Origin: a virus
IMG/VR virus record: IMGVR_UViG_3300012929_000013
Length of the DNA: 42,177 bases
Direction: 5' to 3' (one strand)
A model generated the notes under the pieces. It did not search any database and was not told the origin of the DNA. It saw only the letters and a list, made by a program, of their open reading frames with translations. A program made the position numbers and the translations under genes. How positions within the stretch are numbered: the stretch's first letter is position 1; every line of letters starts with the position of its first letter. Below, in pieces: positions 16,579-24,058 of this stretch.

Positions 16579-17993
16579 TCCGCTGCCTCCCGCATCGCCT
16601 CGTCCATCGATCTCAACTCGTCGACCACCTCACCTATGGCGCTCGCCCACTCGCCTCGGTCGCGTGCCGTGCCGGTCTGCCGGAAGAAACGCGAGCTGGA
16701 GCGGTACCAGAGCTTGCCCTTGTCGGCGTAGCGCCAACCGCAGCGTATCGGGACCAGCGTCCAGGTCGGTATGCCAAGCGCATTGCTGAGATGGTGGATC
16801 GACGTTCCCACCGTGATAACAAGCTGCATCGAGGCGACGAAAGATGCCGTCTTGTCGTAGTCCCGGCACTGCACCCAACCCGGATAGTGCTTGATCCTGA
16901 TGCCCGTCTTCTCCTCGAATTCGCACACCTCACGCGCTGCGTCGCCCTGATATTGGAGCGAGTAGAAATCGGCGTCGACAGCGCGGAAGACAGGCTCCAG
17001 CGCCAGCAGCGGCACCGAGCGGACGTGCTGGTTGGTCTTCGGCGTGCCGCCGGTCCAGGCGATGCCGATGCGCGGACGAAACGAATCCCCGACAACGACA
17101 CCTGGAATATCGGCCATCAGATACGGCGTCCCCGGAAAATCCTCGTCCCTGTTGCGGAAGAACTTCGGCAGCGAGGCGATCGAGATCGAGCAGTCCGGCT
17201 CGACATGATCGAGCCATTCGAGCGACGACAGCACCTTGCGCGTGCCGTGCACCGTGCAGTGCTGGAACGAGCGCCGGAACAGCGCCTCAAGCCTGGGATG
17301 GCAATCGATGATGACGTGTGCCGAACGCTCGACGAGGTCCGGGATGCAAGAGGCGAACAGGATCTCGTCGCCGATGCCCTGCTCGCCCCAGACGATCACC
17401 GTCTTGCCATGGCTGCCGTCCCATTCCGGCAGCCCGCGGTAGATGCGGCGCTGCGTCTGCTCCACGGTCGGCAGAAAGCGCGTCTCGGCTGCCGTCCAGC
17501 CCTCGCGCCAGTGTCCGAGCGAGAGATGCGCGAAGTGGCTGCTGAACAATGCGCCGTCATGGTCCGGCCGGATCGCCATCGCCTGCTTGAGGAAATGCAA
17601 TGCCCGCACCGGATCGCCGGTGTTGGTGCAGCATTTGCCGAGATTGGCGAAGAGATCGGCGCGCGAGGGCTCATGCCGCTCATGCTTCAGCGCCGCATCA
17701 TAGAGCCCTTCGGCGCGCTCGATGTCGCCCATGGTGAAATAGGCGGCACCGAGGCTGGCGAGCGCGTCGGTGAAGATGCCGCCGCCCTTCTGCTTGCGCA
17801 CCGCGAGCGCCTGGTGCAGCAGCGCCGCCGCGATGCCCTGCCGGCCGGTCTCGATCAGGCACGAGGCGAGCGACCAGAGAGCGATGTCGTCGTCGAAATT
17901 GGTATTGAGATGGCGCGACAGCAGCGCGATCGCCGGCTCCCACTCGCTGCGGTGGATATGCGCCTTGGCCTGCTCGAAAAGCTCGCTCATCAC
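16575..17993 (-). CDS. TPR-repeat + GT9-like (heptosyltransferase-fold) glycosyltransferase (472 aa)
   Basis: Track ORF. The N-terminal ~170 aa are TPR-like helices. The C-terminal part carries VIVWGEQGIGDEILFASCIPDL, IGIAWTGG, RSVPLLALEPVF...FYSLQY and LVITVGTSIHHLSNALGIPTWTLVP...WRY, the signature of TPR-GT9 fusion proteins. Confidence 0.7.
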   Translation of the reverse strand: MMSELFEQAKAHIHRSEWEPAIALLSRHLNTNFDDDIALWSLASCLIETGRQGIAAALLHQALAVRKQKGGGIFTDALASLGAAYFTMGDIERAEGLYDAALKHERHEPSRADLFANLGKCCTNTGDPVRALHFLKQAMAIRPDHDGALFSSHFAHLSLGHWREGWTAAETRFLPTVEQTQRRIYRGLPEWDGSHGKTVIVWGEQGIGDEILFASCIPDLVERSAHVIIDCHPRLEALFRRSFQHCTVHGTRKVLSSLEWLDHVEPDCSISIASLPKFFRNRDEDFPGTPYLMADIPGVVVGDSFRPRIGIAWTGGTPKTNQHVRSVPLLALEPVFRAVDADFYSLQYQGDAAREVCEFEEKTGIRIKHYPGWVQCRDYDKTASFVASMQLVITVGTSIHHLSNALGIPTWTLVPIRCGWRYADKGKLWYRSSSRFFRQTGTARDRGEWASAIGEVVDELRSMDEAMREAAE

Positions 17994-18093
17994 GCCCCCG
18001 AAAAGCGGGCTGCCTCCTCGCGGAGGGCCTGGAGAAGACAGCCCGAGTAGACCTCGCGGTGGTTACCGCCGCGAAGCCTACCACATCGGATAC

Positions 18094-18561
18094 TTAGCCC
18101 GGTAGCCCGTCCAGCCGATAGATGCAGGTCCAATTGATGGTGACCTGCGAGGTCAGCGAGCCCGAGGCCACCTTCGCCGTCAATTGGGCGAAGCGGTTCG
18201 GGTCGAGATCGGACAGCGAGATGGTGATCCCCTGGCCGCCATTGCCTGCGGTGACGACGTTGCGGCGATTGAATGTCGACTTGGCGCCGGCGGCGATGAG
18301 GGCCGAGAGATTGCCGGTGCCGCCGGCGACGATCCCGGTATTGAAGCCGAAATCGAGGCCCGCGGTGTCGGCACAGGTATGGTCCTCGAAGAAATCGACG
18401 ACCACGGCGCCGTGCGGAATTTTCGCCAGGAGCACGATATCGCCGACCGATGGCGCGATCGCCGTGGCGGGAACCACGGCGCTGCCGGAGACCGACATGT
18501 TGCCGATGTGAACAGCCTTGATGTTGCCGAGATTGTAGTTGGTCGAGGTCGAGAGCGCCAT
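18094..18561 (-). CDS. Capsid-adjacent structural protein (155 aa), possible decoration protein
   Basis: Track ORF starting 12 nt after the capsid gene stop. The assignment rests on position only. Confidence 0.35.
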   Translation of the reverse strand: MALSTSTNYNLGNIKAVHIGNMSVSGSAVVPATAIAPSVGDIVLLAKIPHGAVVVDFFEDHTCADTAGLDFGFNTGIVAGGTGNLSALIAAGAKSTFNRRNVVTAGNGGQGITISLSDLDPNRFAQLTAKVASGSLTSQVTINWTCIYRLDGLPG

Positions 18562-18573
18562 GTGCGGTCCTCC

Positions 18574-19654
18574 TTACAATGCCGGCGCGTAGGACGACAT
18601 CACGATCGTCCCGAAGTCGGCCGAGTTGAAGACCAGCTTCTTGATGCCGAAAATCGCCCCGGCCATGACGCCGAGCTGATTGCCGTAGTCGAAAAGCTCC
18701 TCGACCCATGACATGTTGTCGGCGCCTCCCCCTCGCCCGAAGCCGATCGCCGCCGCCTGGGCGCCGCAGAAGATGCCGCGGCGGTAGTTGGTCGACGAGG
18801 TCACCGAAGACGCGACGTAGGGCACACGCGCATCCTCGACGAGGACGCAATTGTTGTAGACGCCGATGAGCCCGGTGATGATCGGGTTATCGGCGATCCG
18901 GCCGCCGGTCAGCACCGCCTTCTGAATGTCGATCCACTGCCCCGTGTTGGTATTGGTGCGAAACTGGTACGTCTGATTCGGGTGGATGAAGAGGACGTAC
19001 ATCTTGTCCCCGTTCACCGTCAGTGGCCGGATCGCCGGCGTCGCCGTCTTCGCCTTGGCGACGACCCGGTCGACATCCTTCAGGTTCATGATGAAGGTCG
19101 CCGAGAGGGATGCCTCGGTGGTGTTGCCGCCGTTCTGGTCGCAGATGATCAGGTTGGTCGTAGCGGTCGGCGCGATGGCCGCCTGGTTGCCCGAGAACGC
19201 CGTCGAGATCGAGGTGCTCTGCGTCGCGTTCGCCTGTGTCTGCTGCGTCGTCGCGCCGGCGATCTGGTTGAACATCGAGCAATCGATGCGGTCGGCCCAC
19301 CAGTCTTGCAAGCCCGCTCGCGCCTCGTCGCGGACCTCGAACGGCACGCGCTGCTCCGACATCTTGCCGCTCGACCGCACGGCGTGACGAAGCTGATCGA
19401 TGAAGAGATTGTCGGAATAGGTGATGAGCGCCTCTTCCTGGCCCTCCAGCGTCGCATCGCCCTGCACGCCGGTGCCGACGAGCTGCATGCGCAGCCCGAT
19501 GGTGACGCGGTCGCCCGGACCCTTCGAGGTCTCGGTCTTCAGGGTGATCAGGCTGTCGGTCCCGGTGGTGCCCTTGAACTGCTCGTATCGGGTTTGCTTG
19601 AGCGCCTCGACGAACAGCTTCTTTGCCCAGGCCTTCACGGCGAGGGCGTTGTTG
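18574..19654 (-). CDS. Major capsid protein, N4-gp56 type, exon 2
   Basis: This is the C-terminal 360 codons of track ORF 18574..20382. ...NNALAVKAWAKKLFVEALKQTRYEQFKG...GDRVTIGLRMQLVGTGVQGDATLEGQEEAL...IDQLRHAV matches the N4-like capsid family pattern. Exon 2 begins at a codon third position, completing GT|C. Confidence 0.8.
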
Positions 19655-20397
19655 CCTTGCGTTCGCCGGGATTCGCTACTTTCCCGACCGCCCTTGCGGG
19701 CTGCTGCATGTTCCCATGCAGAGCAGACTATATCATGGTCCCGATGAAGGACCCCGCGCGCTTCCGGCCGCTTGGCCGTACTCCCCGAAGGGATAGTCGT
19801 TGCGCCTTCCCATTGCTGGGCTCGGTTCAGGATTACCCGGTCTGGGCTTCCCCTGAGTTCACGCGGTTTGCATGCGCCGTAATATGTGGGCAAACGCCGC
19901 CGTTGTGAGCCTTCCCGAAATTGCAGTTCATGCAGAGAATCTGATAGCCGGGCGGATACCCGGTGTGTCTCAGATGATTCAGCATGGCACCGCCGCAGCC
20001 TCGTCCGTTGCTGATTGTCCACCCAAGCGAACGCCGGTGATTGGCACCGTCGTTGTTCATGTGATCCAGGGTCAGAAACCTCGGTTCCGTCTCGCCACAA
20101 CAAGCGCAAATATACCCGCCATACGCCATGATCGCTTCGTGCCTGACCTTCTGCCAGTAATCGCGGCCACGCTTTCGCTCTTTCGTGGTCCACGCTGGAT
20201 TTTCGCGGTCGCGCAAATTCTTCAGACGCCAGTACTCTTTCAGCCGCTCCTTGTTCGCCGCGCGATACTCGCGCTGATATTCCAGAGTGCAGGGCTGACA
20301 GTAGCAACGAGACCCCTTGCCCATCTCGGCAACGATCCCGCATCGAGCGCACGTTTTGACCATATGCCATCTTACTGCGCATGGGGCTAATTAATCA
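19655..20397 (-). mobile_element. Group I intron (IA2/td-like core) interrupting the major capsid gene, 743 nt
   Basis: P1 hairpin ATGGGGT/TGATTAATT/AGCCCCAT has a U.G pair at the 5' splice site (U at 20398), and the intron ends in G (19655). The 3' 178 nt read P7 GACTAT, P7.1 CCCTTCGGGG, P7.2 GGCCAAGCGGCC, P3' GCGCGC, P8 GGTCC...GGACC, P7' ATAGTC, P9 CTGCATGGGAACATGCAG (GNRA loop) and CCCGCAAGGG. Removing the intron gives an in-frame 1104-nt CDS. Confidence 0.75.
19833..20363 (-). CDS. HNH homing endonuclease (176 aa), intron-encoded
   Basis: Track ORF with Cys pairs (CARCG, CYCQPC, CACCG) and the HNH core LTLDHMNNDGANHR...ILCMNCNFGKAHNG. It lies entirely inside the proposed intron. Confidence 0.8.
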   Translation of the reverse strand: MVKTCARCGIVAEMGKGSRCYCQPCTLEYQREYRAANKERLKEYWRLKNLRDRENPAWTTKERKRGRDYWQKVRHEAIMAYGGYICACCGETEPRFLTLDHMNNDGANHRRSLGWTISNGRGCGGAMLNHLRHTGYPPGYQILCMNCNFGKAHNGGVCPHITAHANRVNSGEAQTG

Positions 20398-20420
20398 ACC
20401 CCATAAGATGTGCCTGCCAT
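20398..20420 (-). CDS. Major capsid protein exon 1 (MAGTSYGV, 23 nt)
   Basis: AAAGGAG lies 9 nt upstream of the ATG at 20420. The unspliced reading gives MAGTSYGVD-stop; spliced, it continues MAGTSYGVNNALAVKAW... Confidence 0.7.
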
Positions 20421-20607
20421 AAAACGGTGTCTCCTTTGATCAAAGAAAGTTGCGGATGTGCCGCCATGTCGCTGGCGTGCATGCGATCCGCTCCCTTGTC
20501 GCAGGAGCGCGGCGAATACCGGCTTAACGTCCCGGCCGACGGCCCTCGCTATCGCGGAAGACAGGCGGTAGACGGTTTTACAATATTATCGTGCGGTATA
20601 CCAGTCC

Positions 20608-21471
20608 TCAGCCGCCCATGATCTGCCGCCACTTGCGCGGATTGGTCGCGATCTCGGCGAAGTCGTGGTCATCCATCTCCAACAGCTTGTTCAGCGTCAG
20701 ATTGGCCGGCGGCGCGTTGCCGGCCCGCGCTGTCGAGGCTGCCGCCTGCTGGCCGCGCTGCAATGTCTCGACATGCTGCTTCCCATCGCCGGCGCCCGGC
20801 TGCTGAGCGCCATTGGTCGCCTGATAGCCTCTCCGCTTGGCGACGGCATAGATGCGCTCCGCCGGGTTGACGCCGTCCCGCATCGCCTTCGAGGCAATCG
20901 CCGCCTCCATGCGCTGGATTTCTTGCGCCACGACGCCAGGATCGGTCCAGCCGGCATCCTGTAGCTCGCCGGCGATCGACTGAATGAAATGATGATAAGC
21001 CTGGCCGAAATCCTGATGCTCGCGCGCGAAGTTTTGTGCATGCGCGGCGTAGGAATTGCGGAAACTCTCCATCTGATCGCGATGAGCATCGCGCTGGAGA
21101 ATCTGCCGCACATCCGCTTCCAGCCGCTTCCCCGCGTCAAGCGGCGCGGTATCCCAATCGGGCGCCTTCGGCTGATCGGCCGGCGTCACCGCCCGTTGAA
21201 GCAGGTTCAGCCGCTCCTCGAGCTTGCCCATGTCGCGCTGATAGCGCTGCTCGCTAGCGCGCCGCCGCTCGGTCTCCTCGCGCAGCCGCGAGGACGGCAC
21301 CATGGCATCCGGCTTGGCCAGCGTCTTTCCGTCGCCATCCGTTGATTCCGCCGGCGTATCCGGGATTGCTTCACGTGAAACATCGGCTTCCGGCACGGCT
21401 GGCTGGCGCGGCTCCGGCTGCGTCGCCGCCGTCTCTTCCGCCGTGAAATCCGTCAGGTTTTCGTCAGCCAT
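20608..21471 (-). CDS. Scaffolding protein candidate (287 aa)
   Basis: Internal start MADENLTDF... of track ORF 20608..21525. It is acidic, helical and charged, and sits between portal and capsid. Confidence 0.6.
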   Translation of the reverse strand: MADENLTDFTAEETAATQPEPRQPAVPEADVSREAIPDTPAESTDGDGKTLAKPDAMVPSSRLREETERRRASEQRYQRDMGKLEERLNLLQRAVTPADQPKAPDWDTAPLDAGKRLEADVRQILQRDAHRDQMESFRNSYAAHAQNFAREHQDFGQAYHHFIQSIAGELQDAGWTDPGVVAQEIQRMEAAIASKAMRDGVNPAERIYAVAKRRGYQATNGAQQPGAGDGKQHVETLQRGQQAAASTARAGNAPPANLTLNKLLEMDDHDFAEIATNPRKWRQIMGG

Positions 21472-21637
21472 TGGTGAATCCCGCAGCGTTAAGATAAGCC
21501 GTCCAAAGCGGCACCGTTCCGACAATTTTCCCTGCGATAACTACATTGATCTTGCGATCCGGATCATCGCCGTCATCCTCGCAAAGCTTACGTGCCAGAG
21601 GCTCAAGCCGCGCGCTCGCCGTGTCTTCATCAACCAT
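21464..21637 (-). CDS. Hypothetical small protein (57 aa)
   Basis: Not in the track. Hand translation: MVDEDTASARLEPLARKLCEDDGDDPDRKINVVIAGKIVGTVPLWTAYLNAAGFTNG. It overlaps the portal stop by 8 nt and the scaffold start by 8 nt. Confidence 0.5.
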   Translation of the reverse strand: MVDEDTASARLEPLARKLCEDDGDDPDRKINVVIAGKIVGTVPLWTAYLNAAGFTNG

Positions 21638-23789
21638 GATCGGCTCCCGTCTTCTGCTTCGCCGCAGCGCGATCCTTCACCTTCGCACTCTCGCGCTGAA
21701 TCTCGACCTTCTTCTGCTCGACATCGATATCGGAAGCCGCCGTCGCCTGCTTGATGGCGATCTCCTGCTGTGCCCGCTCGCGCTGAATCTGCATCTCGAC
21801 CTCGGCGATCCGCTTCTTGAGCTCCAATTCCTGCACCGCCAGCACCGCCTCGGCGTCCGCCTTCTGCTTCTCCATCGCCATACCGAATTGAAACTCCTGC
21901 GCCTTCAGATCGTTGTTCTGGCGCAGCGACTCCTTCTCCTGCTCGGCCTGCTGAAGCTGTTTCTGCAAGCCCTGAAGCTGATCGGTCAGCGATTGCATTT
22001 GCTTCTGGACCTGCGGCGGCACCGGCGGCGGCGCCTGGCTCAGCATGCCGCCGATCTTCTGCGCCACGCTCTCCGGCAGCGGCGAGTATTTCAGGATTTC
22101 CGCCCATACCGCGGTCGGCACCGGCGCCTTCGCCAGCATCGGCAGCATGCCCATCACCATCGACCAAATCGCCTCCTTCTGATTCGGCGAGGTCGGGCTT
22201 TCGTCGACGATCACATCGTATTTGAGGACGCTCTCGTCCTTCAGAAACGGCACGTATTTCGGCCCGTTCTCGCTGTCGATGCGGATCAGCCGCCCCTTCG
22301 GAATGTAGTGCGTCATGATGTAGAGCATGGCGCGGCCCTGCTGCTTGCGGTAGCGCCGCAGGCTGTCGAACAGCGTCGCCAGCACCGTCATGCCGGACTG
22401 CTTGCGCTGGTATTCCAGGACGCCGGCCTGCTCGCGGTCGGCGAGGCCGAGAATTTCGAGATTGACCCCGGTCACGTCTGGAATCGAGCCTGCCGCGTAT
22501 TCCATCAGCTTGTCCAAGCCGACCGGAAAGACGATAGCCTCGCGCGGCTGTATCTTCTCCAGCGCGCCGGGCTTCGCCCAGATAATCGCGTCCGAGCGCG
22601 CCCAATCCGCTTCCGCCTGACGGTCGTTCTCGAAGGCACCGCGCTCGGCGACGACGCCGCCTTTCGCATTGCTATTGATAATGTGCAGGATTTGGCTGAA
22701 GAACTTATTCGCCCAGCGCTGCGGGTCCTTCATCGCGCGGACAATGCCGTACCAGGTATTCTTGTTTCGGTCGCGCTTGCCAGTGATGAAATTTATGGTG
22801 AACTCGTGCGGGCAGCGCCCATTGCCCTGCTTCAGTATCTTGCCGCCGATGAAGGCGTTGCGGAAGACCTTGCGGGTCATCTGCGCGGTCTCGAACGGAA
22901 TCCCGAAGACCTTCAGCCGATCGCGCGCCTTGCCAGCTTGCGCCGAGGTGAACTCGGCCCGCTTCTGGGTGAACGGGTCGACGCCGATATGATAGGTCTC
23001 GCGCTCGTACCACTCGCAATAAACGATGACCACGGTCGGCTTGCGCAGCGGATCCTTATTACCCTGATCGCCCTGGTTGTAGGCGAGCTGCGGCGTCGCA
23101 TCGTGCGGATCGGCCGCGTCCGGCCGCTCAACATGCGCCCACACCGCATCGAGATCGTCATCCTCGGCATCGGGGAAAAGCGCCTTCGCCTCGCTGAACG
23201 CCATCTCGCGGTCATAGCCGCAGTAGCGCCGATCGGAGAGGTTGCGCTTGCGTGAGGTCGGGTCGTACCACGCCGTCAGAGGGTCGATGCGATCAACAGG
23301 AATAAGGCCTTCCGGGTCCTCCTCGAAGTCCGGCCGGGTTTCCGTGCAGCCAAGGCCGCATACAACCGTATCAAAGAAAGCATCAGACTCCTCGTCCTCG
23401 GCCTCGCTCTCCTCGCGGAAGAATTTCGCCGCGTTGGTGAGGAGATCGTTGAGCCCGGTCTGATCGACTTGGCGCGGAATGTAGATCGTATCGTTGCGAT
23501 GATTGACCTCCATGCCACTGACACTATCGACGACCGGGCCGACGCGATTGAAGACGACAGGCGCGCGGTCCATCTCGGTCAGCAGCCGCTTGTCCTCGGC
23601 CTCCCATTGATCGCCCGAGACCATGGCGAAGCTCTCGGCCGCCTCGACCACCCAATCGGCGAGATGCTTGCGGCTGTCCTTGTGCCAGCCCTTGATGGTG
23701 AGGAAAAGCTCGTCCTCGTCCTGCTCGGACGCGGTCGTCGCATCGGGCTCGGCCGCGCTGGTGGCATAGGTTGTCTCATCCGCCATCAT
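21630..23789 (-). CDS. Portal protein (719 aa)
   Basis: Track ORF. Size, position after the terminase, the motif AAESFAMVSGDQWEAEDKRLL...RAPVVFNRVGPVVDSVSG, and a long coiled-coil C-terminus. Confidence 0.85.
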   Translation of the reverse strand: MMADETTYATSAAEPDATTASEQDEDELFLTIKGWHKDSRKHLADWVVEAAESFAMVSGDQWEAEDKRLLTEMDRAPVVFNRVGPVVDSVSGMEVNHRNDTIYIPRQVDQTGLNDLLTNAAKFFREESEAEDEESDAFFDTVVCGLGCTETRPDFEEDPEGLIPVDRIDPLTAWYDPTSRKRNLSDRRYCGYDREMAFSEAKALFPDAEDDDLDAVWAHVERPDAADPHDATPQLAYNQGDQGNKDPLRKPTVVIVYCEWYERETYHIGVDPFTQKRAEFTSAQAGKARDRLKVFGIPFETAQMTRKVFRNAFIGGKILKQGNGRCPHEFTINFITGKRDRNKNTWYGIVRAMKDPQRWANKFFSQILHIINSNAKGGVVAERGAFENDRQAEADWARSDAIIWAKPGALEKIQPREAIVFPVGLDKLMEYAAGSIPDVTGVNLEILGLADREQAGVLEYQRKQSGMTVLATLFDSLRRYRKQQGRAMLYIMTHYIPKGRLIRIDSENGPKYVPFLKDESVLKYDVIVDESPTSPNQKEAIWSMVMGMLPMLAKAPVPTAVWAEILKYSPLPESVAQKIGGMLSQAPPPVPPQVQKQMQSLTDQLQGLQKQLQQAEQEKESLRQNNDLKAQEFQFGMAMEKQKADAEAVLAVQELELKKRIAEVEMQIQRERAQQEIAIKQATAASDIDVEQKKVEIQRESAKVKDRAAAKQKTGADHG

Positions 23790-24058
23790 GCAACCATAAC
23801 GGGATCGTCACAGTCTGGCAATTCGGTCAACCACGCCCTGCCGAGTCCGGCGATCAGGATATCGGCGGCATCAGGCGCGTCAATCGGAGCGCGCGCCGCC
23901 CAGTGGCGCCGCTCGGATGCCGGCTGATCAAGCGAATCGCGCCGACAAACGACGACGCCGATTTGTGTTTCCGCATCGAACACGAGACTTCTGACGACAA
24001 CGAATTCGGCGGGTAGGCGATCCCGCACGTCGTTCTCAATGCCGCTCACGCGGCCCAC
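23786..24058 (-). CDS. Hypothetical protein (90 aa)
   Basis: Track ORF with good GC3. ATGA overlap with the portal gene and a 13-nt overlap with TerL. Confidence 0.5.
   Translation of the reverse strand: MGRVSGIENDVRDRLPAEFVVVRSLVFDAETQIGVVVCRRDSLDQPASERRHWAARAPIDAPDAADILIAGLGRAWLTELPDCDDPVMVA

Noticed and set aside
17994-18093. Rho-independent terminator after the capsid-adjacent gene
   Set aside because: Three GC hairpins are present (CGCGGTGG/CCGCCGCG, CCTCC/GGAGG, CCCG/CGGG), but none is followed by a U-tract on the transcribed strand. At most this is an attenuator or RNA-processing site.
18574-20382. The single 602-aa ORF taken at face value as the capsid gene
   Set aside because: Its first ~240 aa are Arg-rich nonsense overlapping the HNH ORF in another frame, and no RBS or start codon precedes the capsid-like part. 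An intron-split gene explains the region better.
21546-23255. 569-aa plus-strand ORF, with similar long shadow ORFs at 2644..3603, 5975..6844, 11747..12751, 16791..18050, 18982..19908 and 24490..25320
   Set aside because: All are antisense to well-supported genes, rich in Arg/Leu/Ala/Gly as expected for GC-rich shadow frames, and carry no motifs.
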